18,021 nt of DNA. It comes from Atribacterota bacterium (GTDB lineage: Bacteria > Atribacterota > Phoenicimicrobiia > Phoenicimicrobiales > Phoenicimicrobiaceae). Under the pieces are notes generated by a model, which searched no databases, had not been told where the DNA came from, and saw only the letters and a list, made by a program, of their open reading frames with translations. The DNA is taken from contig JBBRDV010000026.1 of NCBI GenBank assembly GCA_038203565.1, positions 1 through 18,021 on the forward strand, given 5' to 3'. The position numbers were made by a program, and so were the translations under genes. Positions 10,092 to 18,021 of this stretch are shown here, in pieces; positions within the stretch are counted from its first letter, which is position 1, and the number at the start of each line of letters is the position of its first letter.

Positions 10092-13000
10092 TTAGGTTAT
10101 TTCTTTCATTAAATTTTCATTAATTTCATCTTTTAAATCGATATCTTCTTTAAGGTCTACTTCTTTATCCTGAGAATCTAAAACTCGTACATCTAAACTT
10201 AAACTGCGTAATTCTTTAATTAAAACTTTAAATGATTCTGGCATGCCGGGGGCAGGGATACATTCACCCTTAACAATAGCTTCATAAGTTTTAATTCTTC
10301 CCAACACATCATCTGATTTTATAGTCAAAAGTTCCTGGAGATTGTAAGCAGCACCGTATCCTTCTAAAGCCCAAACTTCCATTTCACCAAATCTTTGGCC
10401 TCCAAACTGTGCTTTCCCTCCTAAAGGTTGTTGGGTAACCAAAGAGTACGGACCGGTAGAACGAGCATGGATTTTATCAGCTACCAAATGAGCTAATTTT
10501 AAAATATAGCTGTAACCTACAGTCACTTTTTGGTCAAATGGCCTACCTGTTCTACCATCATAAAGAATTGTTTTGCCGTCTTTGGGTAGACCTGCTTCTA
10601 TTAAAGCTTCGAGAATTTCCTCTTCTTTTGCGCCGTTAAAAATAGGAGTTATAACTCTAAGACCTAAAGTTTTAGCAACCCAGCCTAAATGTACTTCTAA
10701 AACTTGCCCCACGTTCATCCGAGAGGGAACTCCTAAAGGATTCAACACTATCTCTATTGGTGTGCCATCTGACATAAAGGGCATATCAGCCTCAGGCAAA
10801 ATTTTAGCAATAACTCCTTTATTTCCATGTCTTCCCGAAATCTTATCCCCTTCTGAAATCTTTCTTTTTTGGGCAATAAATACTTTTACTAATTGATTTA
10901 CTCCCGGGGGAAGGTCGTCATTATTTTCCCTGGAAAATACTTTTACACCTATAACCTTACCTTTTTCACCATGGGGAATTCGGAGAGAAGTATCTCTTAT
11001 TTCTCTAGCTTTTTCCCCAAAAATTGCTCTTAACAATCTTTCCTCTGGCCCTAAATCAGTTTCCCCCTTAGGAGTTACTTTTCCTACTAAAATATCGCCT
11101 GATTCCACCTCTGCTCCAATTCGAACTATTCCTCTTTCATCTAAGTTAGATAGGCTGCCTTCCCCGATATTAGGGATATCACAAGTTATTTCTTCCTGCC
11201 CTAATTTAGTATCCCGTGCTTCACACTCCTGTTCAGAAATATGAATAGAGGTGAAAGTATCTTCTATAACTAATTTTTCACTAATTAAAATAGCATCCTC
11301 AAAATTATAGCCTTCCCAAGGCATGTAAGCTATTAAAACATTCCTACCCAAAGAAAGACACCCTTCAGAAGTTAAGGGACCATCAGCAAGCACATCTCCC
11401 TTCTTGACAATCATTCCTTCTTCTACTAAAGGCATCTGATTTATACAAGTTCCCTGATTAGAACGAACGAATTTTTTTAATATATACTCTTTTTGGATAT
11501 TTTCAGTATTTTTAATAATTATTTTGTCCGCACTTACTTCTTTCACCAAGCCATCATCTTGGGAAATAATAACTGCACCTGAGTCGATAGCAACTTTATT
11601 TTCCATTCCTGTACCTATTAAAGGGACCTCAGGTTTGATTAAAGGGACAGACTGTCTCTGCATATTAGTACCCATTAAGGCTCTGTTCGCATCATCGTGA
11701 TCTAAAAAGGGTATTAAGCTAGCTGAAATACTGGCAATCTGTTTGGGAGATACATCAATAAAATCTATTTCATCTGGCAGACACTCAATAATATCTCCTC
11801 TAAACCGGCAAGGTACATCGTTTTGTGAAATTTTGTTATCTTTATCTATTTTTATATTTATTTGAGCAATTTTATATTTATCTTCTTTATCGGCGGAGAG
11901 GTAAACGATCTCATCAGTTATTTTCCCGTCTACCACCCTAAAATATGGTGTTTCAATAAATCCTAATTCATTCACTCTTGCATAAATACAAAGTGATCCT
12001 ATTAATCCAATATTAGGACCTTCGGGAGTCTCAATGGGGCAAATTCTACCATAATGAGTATAGTGAACATCCCTTACTTCAAAGCCCGCTCTTTCTCTAG
12101 TTAAACCTCCTGGGCCTAAAGCAGAAAGCCTTCTTTTATGAGTAATTTCAGACAAAGGATTAGTCTGATCCATAAACTGAGAAAGCTGACTACTCCCAAA
12201 AAACTGTCTAATGGTGGCTAATAATGGCCGTGCATTTATCAAGGCTTGAGGAGTAATAGCAGAAACATCAGGTTGGATAGTCATTCTCTCCCGAATCACT
12301 CTTTCCATCCTGCTTAATCCAATGTGAAATTGATCCTGAAGTAACTCGCCAACTGTCTTTATCCTTCTATTCCCTAAATGATCAATGTCATCTATATACC
12401 CAATTCCTCTATATAAATTGACTAAATACCTTAAAGAAGCGACAATATCCTCTCTTGTTAACGAAGGACCTTTTTTTATTTTTATCTTTTCTTTACACTT
12501 TTTTATTTTGTATAATAAGGCATTAGTTAATTTATCACCTGTACTACAAATTACTTCACCTGTCTTTGGATTAATTATTTCTTCGGCAACAATCGCATCT
12601 ATAATCCCTTCATTAATTCCTTCACTCAATTTATCAACAATTGGCATTAAAGCTTCGCATTTCTCATTAAAAATAGTTATTTTTTCGTTTTCATAATTCA
12701 ACACTTTTATCTTGTCAATTCCTGAGTTGATTATTGCAGAAAGTATTTTATGATTGATTTTTTCTTCTGCTTTTACAATTATTTTATTGTTGCTAGGATC
12801 AACAATGTTTTCGGCTGCAATTTTACCTAATATCCGATCTTCAAAGTTTAATTTCCTATTTATTTTATATCTTCCGACTTTTGCTAAATCATATCTTTTA
12901 GGATCAAAAAGTAATCTATAAACTAATTGACGAGTATTTCTTTCGGTCGGCGGTTCGCTGGGTCTTAATCTTCTAAACATTTCTATCAGGGCTTCTTTTT

Positions 13001-13697
13001 CATTGGATGTATTATCTTTTTCTAAAGTTGTTTTTATAATCTCTTCATAATCAAAAAGTTCCATTATTTCTTCATTGTTTTCATATCCTAATGCCCTTAA
13101 TAGGGTAGTTGCTGGAATTTTCCTTTTTTTGTCAATTCGGACATAAATCATGTCGGAAGCATCAAATCCAAATTCTAACCAGGATCCACGATTAGGAATA
13201 ATTTTAAATTTATACAATGGTTTGCTATTTTCATTTTTTTCTTCATCAAAATAAATACCGGGAGATCTTATTAATTGATTTACTATCACTCTTTCTGCTC
13301 CGTTAATAACGAAGCTTCCATTTTCGGTCATAAGCGGCAACTCGCCCATAAAGACATCTTGCTCTTTAATTTCACCTGTCTTCTTGCTGATTAAATTTAT
13401 CTTAACTTCTAAAGGAGAAGAATAAGTTCCACCTTTCTCCCAACATCCGTAAGCAGAATCTTTACATTCCCCCAGTGAATAACTAATAAAATCTAAAATC
13501 AGATTACCGGTAAAGTCTTGAATGGGAAAAATGTCTATAAAAACTTCCTGCAACCCTTGCTTTTTTCTTTTATCAGTCGAAACAAACCTTTGTAAAAAAT
13601 CTTCAAAAGATTTTTTTTGTATATCCAATAAATTGGGGATTGGACATAATTCAGGTATTTTGGAATAATCTTTCACTTGATTATATTTATTGTGCAC
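10092..13697 (-). CDS. rpoB: DNA-directed RNA polymerase beta subunit
   Basis: 1201 aa; [66 protein letters not shown] start (exact start less certain). Confidence 0.99.
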   Translation of the reverse strand: MHNKYNQVKDYSKIPELCPIPNLLDIQKKSFEDFLQRFVSTDKRKKQGLQEVFIDIFPIQDFTGNLILDFISYSLGECKDSAYGCWEKGGTYSSPLEVKINLISKKTGEIKEQDVFMGELPLMTENGSFVINGAERVIVNQLIRSPGIYFDEEKNENSKPLYKFKIIPNRGSWLEFGFDASDMIYVRIDKKRKIPATTLLRALGYENNEEIMELFDYEEIIKTTLEKDNTSNEKEALIEMFRRLRPSEPPTERNTRQLVYRLLFDPKRYDLAKVGRYKINRKLNFEDRILGKIAAENIVDPSNNKIIVKAEEKINHKILSAIINSGIDKIKVLNYENEKITIFNEKCEALMPIVDKLSEGINEGIIDAIVAEEIINPKTGEVICSTGDKLTNALLYKIKKCKEKIKIKKGPSLTREDIVASLRYLVNLYRGIGYIDDIDHLGNRRIKTVGELLQDQFHIGLSRMERVIRERMTIQPDVSAITPQALINARPLLATIRQFFGSSQLSQFMDQTNPLSEITHKRRLSALGPGGLTRERAGFEVRDVHYTHYGRICPIETPEGPNIGLIGSLCIYARVNELGFIETPYFRVVDGKITDEIVYLSADKEDKYKIAQINIKIDKDNKISQNDVPCRFRGDIIECLPDEIDFIDVSPKQIASISASLIPFLDHDDANRALMGTNMQRQSVPLIKPEVPLIGTGMENKVAIDSGAVIISQDDGLVKEVSADKIIIKNTENIQKEYILKKFVRSNQGTCINQMPLVEEGMIVKKGDVLADGPLTSEGCLSLGRNVLIAYMPWEGYNFEDAILISEKLVIEDTFTSIHISEQECEARDTKLGQEEITCDIPNIGEGSLSNLDERGIVRIGAEVESGDILVGKVTPKGETDLGPEERLLRAIFGEKAREIRDTSLRIPHGEKGKVIGVKVFSRENNDDLPPGVNQLVKVFIAQKRKISEGDKISGRHGNKGVIAKILPEADMPFMSDGTPIEIVLNPLGVPSRMNVGQVLEVHLGWVAKTLGLRVITPIFNGAKEEEILEALIEAGLPKDGKTILYDGRTGRPFDQKVTVGYSYILKLAHLVADKIHARSTGPYSLVTQQPLGGKAQFGGQRFGEMEVWALEGYGAAYNLQELLTIKSDDVLGRIKTYEAIVKGECIPAPGMPESFKVLIKELRSLSLDVRVLDSQDKEVDLKEDIDLKDEINENLMKEIT

Positions 13698-13919
13698 CGC
13701 AAAACACCAACCTTTATATAATGATAAAAATATTAAAATAATAGTAACAAAAATAATAGTCAGATAATAGATTCTTAAAATTTAAAATTTGTTTATAAAG
13801 TATAGATGAACTTCTTAGAGACCATTTTATTATTTTTTAGATTTTTTAAAAACAAAATAATTACCCAGATAAAATATAGCATTTAGGTTGAGGAGATATA
13901 TTTATTTCCGTAAATTATC

Positions 13920-13948
13920 ATTTTATCATTTAGTAATTAAAAATGCAA
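13920..13948 (-). promoter_or_regulatory. Putative sigma70-type promoter for rpoBC
   Basis: Minus strand TTGCAT-17 nt-TAAAAT with TGn; directly abuts the hairpin after rplL. AT-rich context raises the chance of a spurious match. Confidence 0.55.
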
Positions 13949-13984
13949 GGAGATACTCTTTAAAAAATTTTAAAGAGTATCTCC
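13939..13984 (-). terminator. Strong hairpin, probable intrinsic terminator after rplL
   Basis: Perfect 17-bp inverted repeat ggagatactctttaaaa (13949-13965) / ttttaaagagtatctcc (13968-13984), followed on the minus strand by ttgcattttt. Confidence 0.7.
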
Positions 13985-14004
13985 GATATTGTAAAAACTA
14001 TCTT

Positions 14005-14460
14005 CTATTTTATTTCTACAACCGCTCCAACCGCTTCTAATTTTTCTTTTATTCCTTCGGCCTCTTTCTTGTCCACATGTTCTTTTACTGTCTTCGGTGC
14101 ACCATCCACTAAGTCTTTAGATTCTTTTAAACCTAAGGCAGTAATTGTTCTTATTTCTTTTATTACTTTAATCTTATTTGGCCCAACTTCTTTTAATACT
14201 ACTTCAAAATCAGTCTTTTCTTCTTCTTTGACTTCATCATCTGCAGCTGCAGCACCAGCATTAGCAGACATGGCAACCGGCATAGCAGCAGTTACTCCGA
14301 ATTTTTCCTCTAAAGCTTTAACTAAATCAGCTAATTCTAATACGCTCATCTTCTCTATCTTTTCTAATATTTCCACTGATGCACTCATTTCAGGGTTAGA
14401 TTGTTTTTCCTCAGTAACTTTATTATCTTTTTTAGTAGCGACTTCTTTTTTTTCTACCAT
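14005..14460 (-). CDS. rplL: 50S ribosomal protein L7/L12 with N-terminal extension
   Basis: 151 aa; [18 protein letters not shown], Ala-rich hinge, [23 protein letters not shown]; strong RBS GGGAGGAGGTG before ATG 14460. Confidence 0.98.
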   Translation of the reverse strand: MVEKKEVATKKDNKVTEEKQSNPEMSASVEILEKIEKMSVLELADLVKALEEKFGVTAAMPVAMSANAGAAAADDEVKEEEKTDFEVVLKEVGPNKIKVIKEIRTITALGLKESKDLVDGAPKTVKEHVDKKEAEGIKEKLEAVGAVVEIK

Positions 14461-14481
14461 TTATTTCACCTCCTCCCAATT

Positions 14482-14505
14482 TCGTATATCGTATATAGTA
14501 TATCG
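14482..14505. repeat. Heptamer array (tcgtata tcgtata tagtata tcg) just upstream of the rplL RBS
   Basis: Same unit family and same RBS-proximal orientation as in other spacers; no obvious partner arm. Confidence 0.8.
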
Positions 14506-14575
14506 AAAAAAGCTTTTATTCTACCCTATCTAGCTGTCATGAAATATTGCAAATTATTTTTTTTGGCATAATACT

Positions 14576-15115
14576 TTATGATGCTTTCGCTTTTTCCTTT
14601 TGCTTTTTTACTGCTTCCAAAGTATAAATCAACCCTCTTAACGGTCCTTGCAAGATAAATACTAAAGAATAAAGTGGAAATTTTACTCCGTTAATCATTT
14701 GGGCAATAAGGACATTTTTTGAAGGCAGAGAAGCTATTTCAATAATTTTCTCCGGACTAAAAACCCTTCCGTCTATTAGACCAGATTTGATCTTTAAGTC
14801 AATTTTATTTTTTTTAAAATACTCCTTTAGCAATCTAGCCGGGGCAATTCCATCATCGCTGCAGAAAGCCATTGCGGTACAACCGATTAGATCTTTGGTC
14901 AGATCATCTACATTCAGTTCTTTGCTGGCTTTTTCTATTAAAGTATTTTTCACTATTTTAAACTCTACCTTCTTCTCTTTTAATTCATTTCTAAGGCGGC
15001 TTATCTGGGATACATTCATTCCTTGATAATCGGTTAAAACTACTCCTTTGGATTCTTTCAATTTTGCTATCAAATCCTTAAGTATCTCTTTTTTAGAATC
15101 TTTACTTAAAACCAA
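14576..15115 (-). CDS. rplJ: 50S ribosomal protein L10
   Basis: 179 aa; DYQGMNV, LRNEL, VKNTL, IASLPSK; TTG start with AAGGAGG RBS; between rplA and rplL. Confidence 0.97.
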   Translation of the reverse strand: MVLSKDSKKEILKDLIAKLKESKGVVLTDYQGMNVSQISRLRNELKEKKVEFKIVKNTLIEKASKELNVDDLTKDLIGCTAMAFCSDDGIAPARLLKEYFKKNKIDLKIKSGLIDGRVFSPEKIIEIASLPSKNVLIAQMINGVKFPLYSLVFILQGPLRGLIYTLEAVKKQKEKAKAS

Positions 15116-15157
15116 AATTTATCCTCCTTTCTAACTCTATTAGATATTTAGCACAAT

Positions 15158-15193
15158 AAAAAACCTTCCCTTAGATCAATCTACGAGGAAGGT
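15158..15193 (-). terminator. Attenuator terminator of the L10 leader
   Basis: Minus strand ACCTTCC...GGAAGGT stem followed by TTTTT, between the leader core and the rplJ RBS. Confidence 0.7.
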
Positions 15194-15224
15194 GAAACTA
15201 GTAAGCTTATTCACTTTGTTCTCA

Positions 15225-15288
15225 CCTCGGCAGGAAGATATTTTAATATCGATTACGTTGTTTCTTTACAACTCCTGCTGTCTAAGGT
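15225..15288 (-). promoter_or_regulatory. Ribosomal protein L10 leader (autoregulatory RNA)
   Basis: Minus strand CCTTAGACAGCAGGA...TTAA...TCCTGCCGAGG resembles the known L10 leader core, upstream of rplJ. Confidence 0.85.
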
Positions 15289-15334
15289 ATATCTAAATTT
15301 ATAAGTATATTTTATTTTTACATTTTTCCTAATT

Positions 15335-16054
15335 CTATTTTTTTTGTTTTTCTATCCAAGCATCTATTTTTTGGGGATCTATATGAACCCCTGGCCCCAT
15401 AGTAGATGAAATAGCGATGCTGTGTATGTATCTTCCTTTGGCAGCTGACGGTTTAGCTTTAATAATAGCGCCGACAAAGGTAGTAAAATTTTCTAATAAC
15501 TTCTCTTTGTCAAAATTTGTTTTTCCTAAGGGTGCATGGACTATGCCAAATTTATCCGCCCGATACTCTACTTTCCCCGCTTTCACTGCTTTTACGGTAT
15601 TTTTTACATCAAAAGTAACGGTACCAACTTTAGGGTTAGGCATTAGACCTCGGGGTCCCAATATTTTACCTAATTTTCCTACTATTTTCATCATATCTGG
15701 GGTCGCTATAGTAGCATCAAAATCGGTCCATCCCTTTTGTATCTTTTCAGCTAACTCTTCTGCACCTACAAAATCAGCCCCGGCTTCTTCTGCCTCCTTT
15801 GCTTTCTCTCCTTCGGCAAAGACAACAACTTTCACTTTCTTGCCTGTACCATGAGGTAAATCTACCGCCCCCCTTACCTGTTCCTCAGAACGACGAGTAT
15901 CGATACCTAGTTTAATCGCAATATCAATAGACTCTTCAAAATTTGCCCAATGAAGCTTTTTAACTAAATCTAAAGCTTCTTCCGGTTCGTAAAACTTATC
16001 TTCCTTATAGTCTCTAACAGCCTCTAAATATTTTTTGCCTCTTTTTTTACTCAT
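15335..16054 (-). CDS. rplA: 50S ribosomal protein L1
   Basis: 239 aa; [36 protein letters not shown]. Confidence 0.99.
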   Translation of the reverse strand: MSKKRGKKYLEAVRDYKEDKFYEPEEALDLVKKLHWANFEESIDIAIKLGIDTRRSEEQVRGAVDLPHGTGKKVKVVVFAEGEKAKEAEEAGADFVGAEELAEKIQKGWTDFDATIATPDMMKIVGKLGKILGPRGLMPNPKVGTVTFDVKNTVKAVKAGKVEYRADKFGIVHAPLGKTNFDKEKLLENFTTFVGAIIKAKPSAAKGRYIHSIAISSTMGPGVHIDPQKIDAWIEKQKK

Positions 16055-16066
16055 CTTTTTCCTCCT

Positions 16067-16096
16067 TGTGGTATTATTGGATTTTATCCTTCCACA
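16067..16096 (-). promoter_or_regulatory. Probable L1-binding autoregulatory site upstream of rplA
   Basis: Minus strand TGTGG-AA-GGAT aaa ATCC-AATAATA-CCACA adjoining RBS AAGGAGG: two helices around an asymmetric A-rich internal loop, as in known L1 mRNA sites. Confidence 0.7.
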
Positions 16097-16107
16097 TAAG
16101 TTTACAA

Positions 16108-16539
16108 TTAATTATTATTCTCTATCTCTATTCCCATGCTTCTGGCAGTACCTTCAACTATTTTTGTAGCACTTTCTAAATCATTAGCATTTAAATCAGG
16201 CATTTTACGTTTAGCAATCTCTTCAATTTTTGCCCGAGATAACTTTGCAACTTTTTCTTTATTGGGTATTCCTGATCCTTTTTCTATTCCTGCTGCTTCT
16301 TTCAATAAAAAGGCAACTGGAGGCTTTTTACAGACAAAAGTAAAAGACCTATCCTCATATACATCTATAATTACGGGTATTATAGTTCCAACATCTTGTC
16401 TTGTTTTTTCATTAAAAGCCTTACAAAATTCCATAATGTTTAAACCATGCTGACCTAAAGCTGGACCTACCGGTGGTGCGGGATTAGCATTACCAGCTGG
16501 TATTTGTAATTTTATTACGGAAACTATTTTCTTTGCCAT
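16108..16539 (-). CDS. rplK: 50S ribosomal protein L11
   Basis: 143 aa; [37 protein letters not shown]. Confidence 0.99.
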   Translation of the reverse strand: MAKKIVSVIKLQIPAGNANPAPPVGPALGQHGLNIMEFCKAFNEKTRQDVGTIIPVIIDVYEDRSFTFVCKKPPVAFLLKEAAGIEKGSGIPNKEKVAKLSRAKIEEIAKRKMPDLNANDLESATKIVEGTARSMGIEIENNN

Positions 16540-16567
16540 TTAATTCCTCCTATCACTAACGACTAAT

Positions 16568-17104
16568 TTAATATTTCTCTAGGTCATTAAAGCCTAACTC
16601 AACAGATGTCTCGCGACCAAAAATAGATAGAAAAACTTTCATCTTGTTTTTTTCGTAATCTACTTCTTTCACTTTTCCTGTATACCCGGTAAATGGACCA
16701 ATGACAATTCTAATATTTTCTCCTACTTCAATATCTAATTTGGGGGCCTTCTCGCCCTTTCCCATCTGTTTTAATATGTTATCTATTTCTATTTCTTTTA
16801 AAGGTACTGGTTTCCCCCCTGAACCTACAAAGCGAGTTACTCCGGGAGTGTTCCTTACTACTTGCCAGGAATTGTTATCCAATATCATTTCTATCACTAC
16901 GTAACCTGGAAATACTTTTTTTTGCACATATTTTCTTTTGCCAGATTTTACCTCTAAGACTTTTTCAGTAGGTATTAATACTTGGAAAATCTGGTTCTCC
17001 ATTCCCATGGATTTAATTCTTTGTTCTAAATTTATTTTTACTTTATTTTCATATCCTGAATAAGTATGAACTACGTACCACTTTTTTTTATTTGAAGCCA
17101 TCAT
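16568..17104 (-). CDS. nusG: Transcription termination/antitermination factor NusG
   Basis: 178 aa; WYVVHTYSGYE, FPGYV, VRNTPGVTRFVG, KOW motif GPF, IFGRET. Confidence 0.98.
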   Translation of the reverse strand: MMASNKKKWYVVHTYSGYENKVKINLEQRIKSMGMENQIFQVLIPTEKVLEVKSGKRKYVQKKVFPGYVVIEMILDNNSWQVVRNTPGVTRFVGSGGKPVPLKEIEIDNILKQMGKGEKAPKLDIEVGENIRIVIGPFTGYTGKVKEVDYEKNKMKVFLSIFGRETSVELGFNDLEKY

Positions 17105-17160
17105 TGTAACTAATTAACTCTCTTCCTTTTTACCATAAAATAGCAAATATTTATGGTGTA

Positions 17161-17361
17161 TTATTTCATAAACAAAGTTAGTACTTTAGTAAAAAATATA
17201 TCGATTAACCCAATAAAAATGGAGGCAATAATTATAGTAAAAATAACTACAATTGTGCTATTTTTAAGATCTTTTTTGGTGGGCCAGATAACTTTTCTTA
17301 ATTCAGCTATAGCTTCTTTTATAAAATCGTTTATTTTATTGAAAATATTTTTTAGTTTCAT
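17161..17361 (-). CDS. secE: Preprotein translocase subunit SecE (short, single-TM type)
   Basis: 66 aa; ELRKVIWP motif followed by a hydrophobic helix; between tRNA-Trp and nusG. Confidence 0.95.
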   Translation of the reverse strand: MKLKNIFNKINDFIKEAIAELRKVIWPTKKDLKNSTIVVIFTIIIASIFIGLIDIFFTKVLTLFMK

Positions 17362-17407
17362 TTTGTTCCCAATTTAATTTTCTTTTTTTCTCTATTATAA
17401 TAAAAAA

Positions 17408-17483
17408 TGGCAGGCCCGGCAGGATTTGAACCTGCAACCCCCGGATTTGGAGTCCAGTGCTCTGCCGTTGGAGCTACGGACCT
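17408..17483 (-). tRNA. trnW: tRNA-Trp (CCA)
   Basis: 76 nt; acceptor AGGTCCG/CGGGCCT, anticodon arm CTGGA-CTCCAAA-TCCGG, T arm GCAGG-TTCAAAT-CCTGC, encoded 3' CCA. Confidence 0.97.
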
Positions 17484-17516
17484 TAATAATTTTTAAATAA
17501 AACTCTTAATCTAAAA

Positions 17517-17666
17517 TTATTTTATTTCTTTGTGTAAAGTATGAGTTTTACAAAATTTACAGTACTTCTTAAATTCTACTCTTTCTGGAGTATTTGTCTT
17601 ATTCTTATATTTATTATAATTTCTATTTTTACACTCATTACAAGCTAAAACTATTCTTTGCCTCAT
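17517..17666 (-). CDS. rpmG: 50S ribosomal protein L33 (zinc-binding form); not in the ORF track
   Basis: Hand translation [49 protein letters not shown] (49 aa), two CxxC motifs, RBS AGGAG, canonical position before trnW-secE. Confidence 0.96.
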   Translation of the reverse strand: MRQRIVLACNECKNRNYNKYKNKTNTPERVEFKKYCKFCKTHTLHKEIK

Positions 17667-17707
17667 TAAACATGTCTCCTAATAAAAGATAAAATTGCAC
17701 AAGCCTA

Positions 17708-17736
17708 AATTTACCATACTTTATACTTAGTGTCAA
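17708..17736 (-). promoter_or_regulatory. Sigma70-type promoter upstream of rpmG
   Basis: Minus strand TTGACA-17 nt-TAAATT with TGn extended -10. Confidence 0.75.
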
Positions 17737-17742
17737 GATGTT

Positions 17743-17763
17743 TCGTATATCGTATATCGTTAA
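17743..17763. repeat. Heptamer array (tcgtata tcgtata tcgttaa), promoter-proximal arm of tuf-rpmG spacer
   Basis: 17745-17759 is the perfect reverse complement of 17868-17882. Confidence 0.85.
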
Positions 17764-17784
17764 ATTCTTTTATTCTATTTTTTT

Positions 17785-17812
17785 GTAGGGGGCAGACTCA
17801 TCGAGCCCCTAC
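17785..17812. repeat. GC-rich palindrome GTAGGGGGC...GCCCCTAC, GTAG-family REP-like
   Basis: gtagggggcagactcatcgagcccctac; GTAG/CTAC ends with a G/C stem; only one copy in this window. Confidence 0.5.
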
Positions 17813-17853
17813 CTATTATTATCATATATCGTCGTTCGTATCTCTTTCTTTTG

Positions 17854-17884
17854 CGATATACGATATCCGATATACGATATACTA
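17854..17884. repeat. Heptamer array (cgatata cgatatc cgatata cgatata cta) fused to the tuf stop codon
   Basis: Minus strand reads TAGtata tcgtata tcggata tcgtata tcg; the TAG is the tuf stop. Confidence 0.88.
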
Positions 17885-18021
17885 TTCGATTATCTCACTT
17901 ACCACTCCGGCACTGATAGTGCGTCCTCCTTCTCGGACAGCAAAGCGGAGCTGTTTTTCCATAGCGATGGGAGTAATCAGTTCACCGACCACAGTTACTC
18001 GATCCCCGGGCATAACCATCT
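17881..18021. repeat. Terminal direct repeat, copy 2 (identical to 1-141)
   Basis: Base-by-base identity with 1-141. Confidence 0.97.
17882..18021 (-). CDS. tuf: Elongation factor Tu, 3' fragment truncated by the window end (probable second tuf copy upstream of rpmG)
   Basis: Encodes [45 protein letters not shown], identical to the end of 2..1198; tuf-rpmG-secE is a known gene order. Confidence 0.85.
   Translation of the reverse strand, partial: MVMPGDRVTVVGELITPIAMEKQLRFAVREGGRTISAGVVSEIIE

Noticed and set aside
12100..12200. Rifampicin-resistance substitutions in RpoB (and streptomycin sites in S12)
   Set aside because: [23 protein letters not shown] is the typical sensitive-type sequence; S12 PKKPNS and RVKDLPG are canonical.
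17132..17157. 8-bp hairpin accataaa/tttatggt between secE and nusG
   Set aside because: Short, AT-rich and without a U-tract on the coding strand; could be chance.
281..17377. All plus-strand ORFs in the track (67-154 aa)
   Set aside because: They lie antisense to highly conserved housekeeping genes, mostly as codon-register shadows, with no recognisable motifs.
1..18021. Plasmid, phage or mini-chromosome interpretation of the terminal repeat
   Set aside because: No replication, integrase or phage genes; the repeat length equals a standard assembler k-mer and lies in a commonly duplicated gene.

Overview
This low-GC bacterial window carries the conserved core transcription/translation cluster, all on the minus strand: (3' end of an upstream tuf)-rpmG-tRNA-Trp-secE-nusG-rplK-rplA-rplJ-rplL-rpoB-rpoC-rpsL-rpsG-fusA-tuf. 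Its first and last 141 bp are identical (3' end of tuf), best explained by two near-identical tuf copies collapsed in a k=141 assembly. Visible regulatory elements are an L10 leader with attenuator, a probable L1-binding site, three sigma70-type promoters and a strong hairpin after rplL. The most unusual signal is non-coding: six intergenic spacers carry degenerate 7-bp tandem arrays (TCGTATA/TAGTATA/TAGTCGT family). In four of them the arrays form inverted pairs that start at or just after a stop codon and end just before the next RBS or promoter, with the repeat variant matching between arms. RpoC (1690 aa) has two large repeat-built insertions, L7/L12 has an N-terminal extension, and tuf looks GC-richer than its neighbours. 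An Atribacterota/JS1-like lineage is my unverified guess.
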